Positions 35,133 to 43,044 of a stretch of 64,000 nt of DNA are shown here, piece by piece. Made by a program: the position numbers and the translations under genes. The notes beneath the pieces were generated by a model, which saw only the letters and a list, made by a program, of their open reading frames with translations, did not search any database and had not been told where the DNA came from. The DNA lies in NCBI GenBank assembly GCA_964410185.1, contig CAYPFM010000001.1:208860-272859 (forward strand), given 5' to 3'. The DNA is from an uncultured Candidatus Saccharibacteria bacterium (GTDB taxonomy: Bacteria > Patescibacteriota > Saccharimonadia > Saccharimonadales > JAUPVS01). Numbering within the stretch: position 1 is the first letter of the stretch; the number at the start of each line of letters is the position of its first letter.

Positions 35133-36884
35133 ATGGCATACCATCTTATAAGCATAGGAATAGCGGCATACTCAAACCCAGCAAATAATCTGGACTTCCC
35201 TGATGACGATGCGGGCGAGCTAAGCGCCATCATGAGACACAGTTTGGGTAGTGAGCTTACTTACGATGCTTTGCTTAGAGACAGTGAGGCAACCCAAATA
35301 GGCATCAGGACTGCACTTGAGGCGGATGAGCTAAAGGGCGCTACTGCTGGTGATACGCTCATTGTTTATTATTCCGGTCACGGCGCTTTAGTGCAGAACA
35401 ACGGCAGCGGGGAGGCTTATCTTGCACCTTACGATGTAAGTGGCAATGTTGCAGTATCGGGCATCTCTACAACTGAGATAAAAGCATTGCTTGATAATCT
35501 TAACCACGGAAACAAAATCGTGCTGCTGGATTGCTGCTATAGCGGTGGAGCGAATGCAAAAAGCATCAGCCATGTTAAGCACAAAGATTTGACTAGCATC
35601 AAGGCATTTCAAAATCAGAGCTATGCCGAGGGGACTTTTGTGTTTACTGCCTGTAAAGAAGATGAAACTGCTATTGAAGTACAAGACCTTAAGCACGGGC
35701 TATTTACATACCAGCTTATTGAAGAGTTGGTTAAAGGCACTGGCGAGAGCGTTGCTTTGAGTAGTTTACATGACCCAGTCACTAAGGCGGTAGAGGAGAC
35801 TGCGAAGAAGTATTCGCACAAACAAACCCCTACTATACAGATGAACGCGAAGGGTAGTATGACACTACCAAAGCTGGCTAAGCCACCCGTACTAAAGCCC
35901 GAACTTATAAAAGTTCCGACAGTCCAAAACGAAAAGCCGACTGTCGTGGCTGCGCCACAGATTGATATTAGTGACAAAAAAACGCAGGAGCTTGTTCAAG
36001 CGACTATTAGTTTGATAGAAGGTGCATCTAACACTAAATTGGGTCAAATCACCTTTCGCTCAACACTAAGCAAGATACTAGCCATTGTTAAAGACGCACA
36101 TGCTGCTCAACCTAAGCATGTAAACAAAGCCGATGAAGTTGCCGTTTTAGTGGGTAAACTTGAGGCTAAGAGTTTTCAGCTCATGCTTACTGCTGCCGTG
36201 GTTTCTGTAGCTGGCAACGAACAAACTCTTAAGATTTTCAGCGAAGAGGTCGGAGAGATGCTGGTTTGGAAACGAGGTCAGAGCGGTCTCGTAGCCCTGA
36301 TTGAGATGCCTGACGTTATTTTCTTGGCAGTTCTATACATTATGTTCGTGTGCGCTATTTATACAGATGACTATATGCCCGTCGGCAAACTACTCAATAC
36401 CCATGTATACGACCAGTATAGCGGTCGTAGTGGGAGCTATAAGCGCGTTTCACAACACTACGAGATACACTACGCCGATGCTTTAGGCGGTAACGCAAAA
36501 ACCGTAATGACACATATTGTTGACCTGCTTACTTCGCAGGAGTGGCTACTTGAACTGCTTGGGATTAACAAGGAAAAATTAACAAGTCTCATACTCCAAG
36601 CAAACTTATGCCTATGCGTCGTGATGTCACGGAGCGGAGAACGCACATATCCGGGCTACAATGACTTTGAGCTTGCTAATGTTGCACCGTTCGTAAATCG
36701 CATACGCACAGACGAAACAACACGCACCAATGTAGCCAAGCACTTACTAGGGGCTAAGCAGGATGAAGTCGCGCAAATATTTGCGGATGAGGTTGCAAAG
36801 CTTAACCAATCTAGCGGTAGCCATTGGTGGAGCTACTTAAGACCAGAGAGCTTTACTCAAGATGTTGATTTGGAGCAAGACTAA
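35133..36884 (+). CDS. caspase-like (peptidase C14) protease with an unknown ~330-aa C-terminal domain
   Basis: His-Cys dyad context: LIVYYSGHGAL and IVLLDCCYSGG. I recognise nothing in the C-terminal 330 aa. Confidence 0.75.
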   Translation: MAYHLISIGIAAYSNPANNLDFPDDDAGELSAIMRHSLGSELTYDALLRDSEATQIGIRTALEADELKGATAGDTLIVYYSGHGALVQNNGSGEAYLAPYDVSGNVAVSGISTTEIKALLDNLNHGNKIVLLDCCYSGGANAKSISHVKHKDLTSIKAFQNQSYAEGTFVFTACKEDETAIEVQDLKHGLFTYQLIEELVKGTGESVALSSLHDPVTKAVEETAKKYSHKQTPTIQMNAKGSMTLPKLAKPPVLKPELIKVPTVQNEKPTVVAAPQIDISDKKTQELVQATISLIEGASNTKLGQITFRSTLSKILAIVKDAHAAQPKHVNKADEVAVLVGKLEAKSFQLMLTAAVVSVAGNEQTLKIFSEEVGEMLVWKRGQSGLVALIEMPDVIFLAVLYIMFVCAIYTDDYMPVGKLLNTHVYDQYSGRSGSYKRVSQHYEIHYADALGGNAKTVMTHIVDLLTSQEWLLELLGINKEKLTSLILQANLCLCVVMSRSGERTYPGYNDFELANVAPFVNRIRTDETTRTNVAKHLLGAKQDEVAQIFADEVAKLNQSSGSHWWSYLRPESFTQDVDLEQD

Positions 36885-36940
36885 GGTCATCCGTATTTTT
36901 TATAAGAAAATGGATAGCGTAAGTCTCCACTACCCTTGCT

Positions 36941-36998
36941 ATGGACACTCCGCTGTATAAGTACCCAATTTTTGGGGGTGAGTTGACCAACGCTTTTT
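36941..36998. repeat. direct repeat R1 (~58 nt)
   Basis: ATGGACACTCCGCTGTATAAGTACCCAATTTTTGGGGG...CCAACGCTTTTT, similar to R2 at 38638-38695. Confidence 0.7.
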
Positions 36999-37563
36999 AA
37001 ACTTCTAGCAACTTATCGCGTAAGCTATCAAACTTTGTATAACCAGCTCTTTTATTAAAGTGACCAGCATTAGGTATGAATGACAGTTCAACGCCTAAGT
37101 GTTTTGCTAACTCTTTGCCATTATCTAATCCAACATAAGGGTCATCATCAGACTGATATACAACGAAGTTTTCAGCATTTTGTTTAATTTTGTCCCAATC
37201 AAAATCAAAACCGCTAAAGGCATTATCACGGTCATAGTTCAGTATTGGTCTAACGCCTATTGGTGCGCCGACAAAGAATGCCGCTTTAATCGGGTGGTCT
37301 AGCTTTTCCAAGACACGAAGTGTAAAAATACCGCCTAAGCTATGTCCAACAATAATCGTGTCTTTGGTAATCTTATCATCGTACTCTTTCAGGACATCAA
37401 ACCATTCAGAAATCTTTGCGGGAACGACAGGCGGCGAAGGAAACTGCGGAACGGTAACTTCATAGCCTTTTGCTTCAAGCTCCTGCTTTAGCCAAGGAAA
37501 CCAATTTTCCTGCGGGTGTCCTTCTGTGCCATGAAATATAAATACGTTTGCTAGCTTGCTCAT
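36997..37563 (-). CDS. alpha/beta serine hydrolase (YdeN/RBBP9-like)
   Basis: 188 aa with a GHSLGG nucleophile elbow. Short single-domain hydrolase with a late Asp and His (DDDPYV, NAGHF). Confidence 0.7.
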   Translation of the reverse strand: MSKLANVFIFHGTEGHPQENWFPWLKQELEAKGYEVTVPQFPSPPVVPAKISEWFDVLKEYDDKITKDTIIVGHSLGGIFTLRVLEKLDHPIKAAFFVGAPIGVRPILNYDRDNAFSGFDFDWDKIKQNAENFVVYQSDDDPYVGLDNGKELAKHLGVELSFIPNAGHFNKRAGYTKFDSLRDKLLEV

Positions 37564-38081
37564 AGTAGCTCCTTTGCTGTTTGCAGAAATGCCAAGTCAC
37601 GCTTTTGTATGAATTGACCTTCTAGGTTGTCGGGCTTGTCCTGTAATAACAAGGCTATCGTATCATCTATGTCCTTGGCTTTTATTTCAAACATGCCTTC
37701 AGCAAGTTCACCTTCTTCTAGTGCTGATGCAACTTGCTCCCCAACTTGCTTAGCAAGATAGCAGTAGGATGTTTGTTCCAAGCCGCCATCATCGTAATTG
37801 CGGTATTCAACGACAGTGCCAAGTTCAGCTACAATTTCAGCCTTGCAGCCAACTTCTTCCATCAACTCACGCTCTAGTGCTTGTTTTATATCTTCGCCAT
37901 CGTCTATACCACCGCCAGGTAGCTTATGATAGCCGTGCTTACTTACATTGAGTAGGTAAACCTGACCGCTGTTATCAAGCAGAACTGCCCTAGCTGCACC
38001 TCTCTTTCTAAAAGTAGAAGTATCAACTACCGGGCTATTCCGTACGATGTCTTGTTCTTTGATAGTTAGCAGGTTCTTCAT
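37560..38081 (-). CDS. NUDIX hydrolase
   Basis: Nudix box GGGIDDGEDIKQALERELMEEVGC. A 4-nt overlap with the downstream hydrolase gene. Confidence 0.8.
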   Translation of the reverse strand: MKNLLTIKEQDIVRNSPVVDTSTFRKRGAARAVLLDNSGQVYLLNVSKHGYHKLPGGGIDDGEDIKQALERELMEEVGCKAEIVAELGTVVEYRNYDDGGLEQTSYCYLAKQVGEQVASALEEGELAEGMFEIKAKDIDDTIALLLQDKPDNLEGQFIQKRDLAFLQTAKELL

Positions 38082-38560
38082 TACATTGAACCTCTGGCAT
38101 TCTGGTCAACTAAGCCACCAATTACTACGGCAGAATAAATCTCTGTATCGCCGTCATAAATCCACTCATTAACGGTGTGGTCGGTAATATCACCTTCAAC
38201 AGTACTTTTATATGTCAGCTTATCTTTTTTATATTCAGCAGGACCACGATAGGGATTATCCTCACCCGGATGTTGCAACGCCTCACGCAGAAAGTCATAA
38301 ACTTCATCTGCTGGCTTATCTGTTTTCCCGTAATAAACTTCCATAAAAACAGGCTCGGTTTTATAAAATATCACTAAGCGCCCTCCGTATGGTTCGCCAC
38401 CAAAGAAGTTATCGTGCATGTGATAATCGCCGTCTGTAAACTCAATCGTTCGTGAACCGTCTTGCTCCTTAACGGTTTTAGCTGTTCCTGTTGCGTGAGG
38501 TATATTTGCCTTTATCAGAAATGCTTTTAGTTCATCAAGATTTACGCTTTGTGTATCCAT
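38081..38560 (-). CDS. hypothetical protein (first gene of the three-gene operon)
   Basis: Track ORF 38081..38686. I prefer the ATG at 38560 (MDTQSVNLDELKAF) because the longer form reads through repeat R2. A 1-nt overlap with the Nudix gene. Confidence 0.55.
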   Translation of the reverse strand: MDTQSVNLDELKAFLIKANIPHATGTAKTVKEQDGSRTIEFTDGDYHMHDNFFGGEPYGGRLVIFYKTEPVFMEVYYGKTDKPADEVYDFLREALQHPGEDNPYRGPAEYKKDKLTYKSTVEGDITDHTVNEWIYDGDTEIYSAVVIGGLVDQNARGSM

Positions 38561-38637
38561 AACTACATAATAACAGCGGTAACTTACAATATCTACCTGA
38601 AAAGGAATGGGGGCGGGGTCGCCCGTTAATCTGGTAA

Positions 38638-38695
38638 ATGGCACTCCGCTGTATAAATGCCTAATTTTTGGGAGCAAAATCGCCAAGCGTTTTTT
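38638..38695. repeat. direct repeat R2 (~58 nt)
   Basis: ATGGCACTCCGCTGTATAAATGCCTAATTTTTGGGAG...CCAAGCGTTTTTT. The first 20 nt are nearly identical to R1 and the remainder is roughly three-quarters identical, judged by eye. Confidence 0.7.
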
Positions 38696-38940
38696 GGCAA
38701 AAAAGGAATGCCGAATATTTGGGGCTGACTTTGAAAATGAGTTATATTAAGAGTACATATTAACAATCTATGTATTTCATGTAGCAGCCAATACGGAGAC
38801 GACCCGCTCAAAGACCGGGGCAGCACAATACATGAAATGTAAGTAAAACGAGATACGACCTCGGCAAAAAACGGACTTACGAGCGTGGCTAACGATGCCA
38901 TAGCGTACTTTTGTATGTTTGTGGCTTGGGAGTAAAACCG

Positions 38941-39090
38941 TGAGTGCCGTATCTCAAGAGCAAAGCGAGACTGAAAGCAGTCTTAAAGACCTGATTGATG
39001 TTCTACAAGAAATAGATACATCAAGCCCGATGGCTAAAACAAACGAACAATCAATAAGCGACAATAACGGCGGGAGGATTATTCTGTAAT
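38941..39090 (+). CDS. candidate small acidic protein upstream of recombinase A (below track cutoff)
   Basis: Frame open from 38893. GTG at 38941 (or TTG at 38911) to TAA at 39088-39090. ...SLKDLIDVLQEID... Confidence 0.25.
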
Positions 39091-39109
39091 CTAACGCTAT
39101 ACTTGCAAT

Positions 39110-40717
39110 ATGTACGATGAACAAGAGGTAGACTTAAAGACGCTTAAATATGTCATGTACCTTCGCAAATCCACTGAGGATGAAGGAAGACAGATTAGGT
39201 CTATTGGCGACCAAGAAAAAGATTGTAAAGATTTAGTTAAACGGCTAGGCCTAAATGTCATTGATACAATTAGAGAAGAAAAGTCGGCAAAAAAGCCCGG
39301 TCATCGCCCCGCTTTTCTAGACATGCTCAAACGAATAAGACGCAAAGAGTTTGATGCGATTATTGCTTGGCATCCAGACCGACTATCGCGCAATAGTATT
39401 GAAAGCGGCAAAATATTACACATGCTGGACACGGATGTTATAAAAGACATCCGTTTTGTTTCTCATCAGTTTTCAAATGATGCAAATGGCAAGATGCTTT
39501 TGGGGATGCTATTTGTGTTTAGTAAACATTATTCCGATGACCTTTCTTCTAAAGTTAAGCGAGGCGTAAGAGGCAACCTTCGTGACTATAAATCGGGTGG
39601 CACGCCAAAACATGGCTACATACGCGACAACGAGGGTATATACCGCATAGATGGTAAGAACTTTGAGATTATCCAGCGTGCTTGGCAAATGAGAGCTAAT
39701 GGCGAGAATATTCAAATGATATGCGACTTTATAAATGAGCAAGGTTATCAAAAGTTCTTCAAAAAAGAAGACAAAGGGCATCAGACATTTGTAATGACGG
39801 ATAGCGTACTTAGCAACCTTTTCAAAGACACCTTTTATTATGGTGAGCTTGTGCAATCCGATGAAGTCATAGATTTAGTAAAAGCACCTGTACCTTTTGA
39901 GCCTATGATTGACCGTGACACATATTTCAGGGCGCAAGAGTACGGCAGAACTAACCAACGAACCAGCAAAGGTCGTAAGCCAATATTGCCATTACGCTAT
40001 ATGGTGTATTGCTCGGTTTGCGAGTTTGATAGACCAATGCAGGTTGGTCGTTCAAGAGGACGAGATGGAGTTACTCGCTTATATTACAGATGTCTTAATA
40101 GCAAATGCACCAGAGCGTACGGCAGTAGAAGTATTAGAGGCAAGCTAGTTTTTGACGAGATTGACCGAGTTATTAAAGAAAAACTAGAAAGTCTTCCGCC
40201 GGAGGCATATGACAAATACATTAAGGAAGTAAAAACTTATAGCACAACCGCCAAGACGAAAATCAGAGCCGACTTAACTAGAGCTAAAGCTACGCGAAAT
40301 GGTTACGAGGAAAGAGTTATTAAGTTGTCTACATCACTTGATTTAATTTCTAACAAGACAGCACTCAAGACAATTACAGACCAAATTAGCGAGGCAACTC
40401 AAGAGATGAACAGACTAGACCAAGCTATCAAAAAATATCAGAATGATATAGAGAAGGCTACTTTGCCTAAGATTGACCGCAAAGAGTTCGAAAGCACTAT
40501 TTCTCAACTGGGCGCTAAGCTAAAAGCAGCGGATGTGGTTCAAAAGGACATAATTGCTAGTAATTTGTTTTTGAACCTATATTTTGACCATCAAAAAATG
40601 ACGCACTACTCCTTAAAAGAGCCGTTCGCGTCATTAGTTGAGTTAAATGCAATCCAACTTGGTGGGGGTGGTTGGAATCGAACCAACTACCAAGTGGTTA
40701 TGAGCCGCCTGCTCTAA
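39110..40717 (+). CDS. large serine recombinase/integrase; last ~16 codons are antisense tRNA sequence
   Basis: YLRKSTEDE...DRLSRN resolvase catalytic domain, recombinase domain, zinc ribbon (CSVCEF...YYRCLNSKC) and coiled coil. The ORF crosses the att core at 40660. Confidence 0.85.
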   Translation: MYDEQEVDLKTLKYVMYLRKSTEDEGRQIRSIGDQEKDCKDLVKRLGLNVIDTIREEKSAKKPGHRPAFLDMLKRIRRKEFDAIIAWHPDRLSRNSIESGKILHMLDTDVIKDIRFVSHQFSNDANGKMLLGMLFVFSKHYSDDLSSKVKRGVRGNLRDYKSGGTPKHGYIRDNEGIYRIDGKNFEIIQRAWQMRANGENIQMICDFINEQGYQKFFKKEDKGHQTFVMTDSVLSNLFKDTFYYGELVQSDEVIDLVKAPVPFEPMIDRDTYFRAQEYGRTNQRTSKGRKPILPLRYMVYCSVCEFDRPMQVGRSRGRDGVTRLYYRCLNSKCTRAYGSRSIRGKLVFDEIDRVIKEKLESLPPEAYDKYIKEVKTYSTTAKTKIRADLTRAKATRNGYEERVIKLSTSLDLISNKTALKTITDQISEATQEMNRLDQAIKKYQNDIEKATLPKIDRKEFESTISQLGAKLKAADVVQKDIIASNLFLNLYFDHQKMTHYSLKEPFASLVELNAIQLGGGGWNRTNYQVVMSRLL

Positions 40718-40735
40718 CCGATGAGCTACACCCCC
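40660..40735 (-). tRNA. tRNA with CAU anticodon, most like tRNA-Ile2 (lysidine type); tRNA-Met not excluded
   Basis: GGGGGTGTAGCTCATCGGTTAGAGCAGGCGGCTCATAACCACTTGGTAGTTGGTTCGATTCCAACCACCCCCACCA folds as a cloverleaf of 76 nt with CCA encoded. The anticodon arm and variable region resemble E. coli ileX as I remember it. Confidence 0.8.
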
Positions 40736-40811
40736 GTGCTAGGGCCAACAAAGGCGCTAACAGGGTGAGTATAGCAGATTTTGGGTAAAGGATTGTATAA
40801 TAGTGGAGTCG

Positions 40812-41264
40812 ATGCTCGAAAAAATAAAAAACTACCAAAACTATCCCGACCTAAAGCAGCTGCAAGATGTGCGCGTGCTTGGATTGTTGGTATTTGTCGG
40901 TATCGCCATACTGGTGAGCTGGAGTACGATCTCGGCCATTCAAACGAACTACAGTTTGCAAAAGCAAATCTCGGCCTTACAGCAGGAGAACCAGGTATTA
41001 GAGCTCAAGAACAATAACCAAAAATTGGCCAACCAGTACTACAATACCAACCAATTTTTGGAATTGGCCGCCCGCCGACAGTTTGGCAAGGCCGCCCCAA
41101 ATGAAAAGCTGTTGCTGGTTCCAAAAGCGGTGGCGCTCGCGCATACGGTCGATCTCAAAACTACAGCAGCCAAGACCGCCGAGGCGCCGTCGCACACGTC
41201 GACGTACCAGCGTAATTTTCAGGCTTGGATGGACTTTTTCCAGCACCGCTTGAATGATAATTAA
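40812..41264 (+). CDS. ftsB: septum formation initiator (FtsB/DivIC family)
   Basis: One TM helix followed by a coiled coil (QKQISALQQENQVLELKNNNQKL) and a conserved ELAARRQFG segment. Confidence 0.7.
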   Translation: MLEKIKNYQNYPDLKQLQDVRVLGLLVFVGIAILVSWSTISAIQTNYSLQKQISALQQENQVLELKNNNQKLANQYYNTNQFLELAARRQFGKAAPNEKLLLVPKAVALAHTVDLKTTAAKTAEAPSHTSTYQRNFQAWMDFFQHRLNDN

Positions 41265-41284
41265 GGAACCGGTACTGTTAAGCC

Positions 41285-41602
41285 ATGAATCAAATCAATA
41301 AGTACACCTATCATCTACTGGTCGGGGCGGCTGTCTCGATGGTTGCCTTGGGCACCATTTTTTATCATCTAACCGAAAAGTGGAGCTTGCTCGACGCCTA
41401 TTACTTTAGTGTCGTCAGTCTAACGACGGTTGGGTACGGCGATCTGGTGCCGCAGACAGCCAGCGGCAAGCTATTTACGACCTTTTATATAATGGCTGGA
41501 ATCGGTATTCTCGGTGCCTTTATTAATGCCTTCGTAAAAGTGCGAGGCCAGAAGGTCCAAGAACGCGTGCACAAGCGGCAGGAAAGTAAGCATAAGCAGT
41601 AA
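41285..41602 (+). CDS. minimal two-TM potassium channel
   Basis: Selectivity filter TTVGYGD between two TM helices, 105 aa. Confidence 0.8.
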   Translation: MNQINKYTYHLLVGAAVSMVALGTIFYHLTEKWSLLDAYYFSVVSLTTVGYGDLVPQTASGKLFTTFYIMAGIGILGAFINAFVKVRGQKVQERVHKRQESKHKQ

Positions 41603-41668
41603 CACTACTTCCTTGACATAATTTCCACTTAGCGGGATGATTAAAATATCAACTAAGGAGGGATAACA

Positions 41669-42064
41669 ATGGTTGCACCAAAAAATACACCAACCGGGTG
41701 GGTTGGCTGGATCTACTTTGCCGGCATTCTTTTGCTCGTACGTGCTGTACTGCAAGGATTCTTTGGCGTGGTAGCTCTAACTCACAGTACATTCTATGTG
41801 GTTACTGCCAAGCAGCTCGCTGTCTATAACTTTACCGCGTGGGGCTGGATTCACCTGGCTCTCGCTGTCGTGCTCCTGTTCGCCGGTTTCTCAGTGCTAT
41901 CAGGTCATCTTTTTGGCCGAGTAGTTGCTATGATCGTCGCTGCTCTGTCTTTGGTCGCTAACTTGGTCTTTTTGCCAGCCTACCCAGTCTGGTCAATCGC
42001 CGCTATCGCCATTGACGCCTTGATCTTGTACGCTCTCGTTGTCCACGGTCACGAAGTCGAATAA
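41669..42064 (+). CDS. hypothetical polytopic membrane protein
   Basis: 131 aa with 4 predicted TM helices. Confidence 0.5.
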   Translation: MVAPKNTPTGWVGWIYFAGILLLVRAVLQGFFGVVALTHSTFYVVTAKQLAVYNFTAWGWIHLALAVVLLFAGFSVLSGHLFGRVVAMIVAALSLVANLVFLPAYPVWSIAAIAIDALILYALVVHGHEVE

Positions 42065-42077
42065 GATTCTGGGTACA

Positions 42078-42116
42078 CAAAAAACCGGTCGGTAGAATGT
42101 ACGGCCGGTTTTTTAT
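42078..42116. terminator. bidirectional intrinsic terminator between convergent genes
   Basis: 9-bp stem aaccggtcg / cggccggtt flanked by an A-run and a T-run. Confidence 0.6.
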
Positions 42117-42793
42117 TTGAATTCAGTGACGGGCGGGATGTTGTAGAGCTTGACCATGGCGGGGTCGGTGGCTGTACCGCCGTAGAGAACGACCCAATTG
42201 CCGTCGGCCTGCTTGAGATAGTAAGTCTTGCTTGCGTTCGCTGCGTTGGCGGTCGTCGCACAAGTGGCAGTGACCGAGGCGTAGTTCTTGTCGGTTGAGT
42301 AGAGGACTTTCTTTTTATCGGTGCCTGAAGTTCCCTGCGTATAGACCAGCGCTTTGGCAGTGGTTGGATCAACTTGTGCCTGGCAGTAGGCGGTGGTGGA
42401 TTTAATGACTAGCTCATCAGCAGTTGGCTGCGTGGTATCCTTCGTCAGTTTGTCGTTATCGGCCTTGAGCGCCGCGTTTTGAGTTTGCAAATCAGTTATC
42501 TGGCTCTCGAGTTCACCACGTTGGGCAATCAGTCGGTCGACATGTTGATGCTGCCAGTAAAACACACCATAACCAGCCGCGCCCGCGAGAGCGAGTACGA
42601 CAAAAATCATGAGTAAAGCTTTGAGGAACTTATGGCCACCCTTTTTCGCCTTAGCAGGTGGTGGAGTCGGGGTGACAGGAACGTCAGGCTTAAAAGGGTC
42701 TTCTTGAACAGGAGGAGTCGGCGTGACAAGCGGTGCTTGGGGGCCGGGTCCAGGAGGGTTTGAGACGGGTTTAAAATCCATATCCATTTGCAT
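42113..42793 (-). CDS. hypothetical protein (Pro-rich N-terminus, TM helix, coiled coil)
   Basis: 226-aa ORF. Confidence 0.5.
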   Translation of the reverse strand: MQMDMDFKPVSNPPGPGPQAPLVTPTPPVQEDPFKPDVPVTPTPPPAKAKKGGHKFLKALLMIFVVLALAGAAGYGVFYWQHQHVDRLIAQRGELESQITDLQTQNAALKADNDKLTKDTTQPTADELVIKSTTAYCQAQVDPTTAKALVYTQGTSGTDKKKVLYSTDKNYASVTATCATTANAANASKTYYLKQADGNWVVLYGGTATDPAMVKLYNIPPVTEFK

Positions 42794-42993
42794 CCATTAT
42801 TACCGAAGTTAATAATAAACACAAGCGGAAATGAAATGGTAGCCATAGATAGAATTACTTGGAACTTAATTAAGACTGAACTGATTAGTATGTCCCAAAT
42901 CGTCACAATGTACGATAAACATTATCGGGGGTTAGCCTAAGCGGACGTACTAGAACCCCTGAAAGAGCTATAAGCATTAGCATAACATTTTAT

Positions 42994-43021
42994 TTGATAT
43001 GTCAATATTCTCTAGTACAAT
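42994..43021 (+). promoter_or_regulatory. promoter TTGATA-16-TACAAT
   Basis: Upstream of the ORF at 43045, which has a gaggga RBS. Confidence 0.45.
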
Positions 43022-43044
43022 GGTAAGTAAACCGAGGGACGCAC

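Larger units (their letters stand above)
34904..40667. mobile_element. integrated element A (about 5.76 kb) at the 3' end of tRNA(CAU) number 1
   Basis: 8-nt core TGGTGGGG at 34904-34911 and 40660-40667. Large serine recombinase at the right end reads into the tRNA. Sequence is AT-richer than the flanks. The ancestral tRNA terminator sits at the left flank. Confidence 0.6.
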
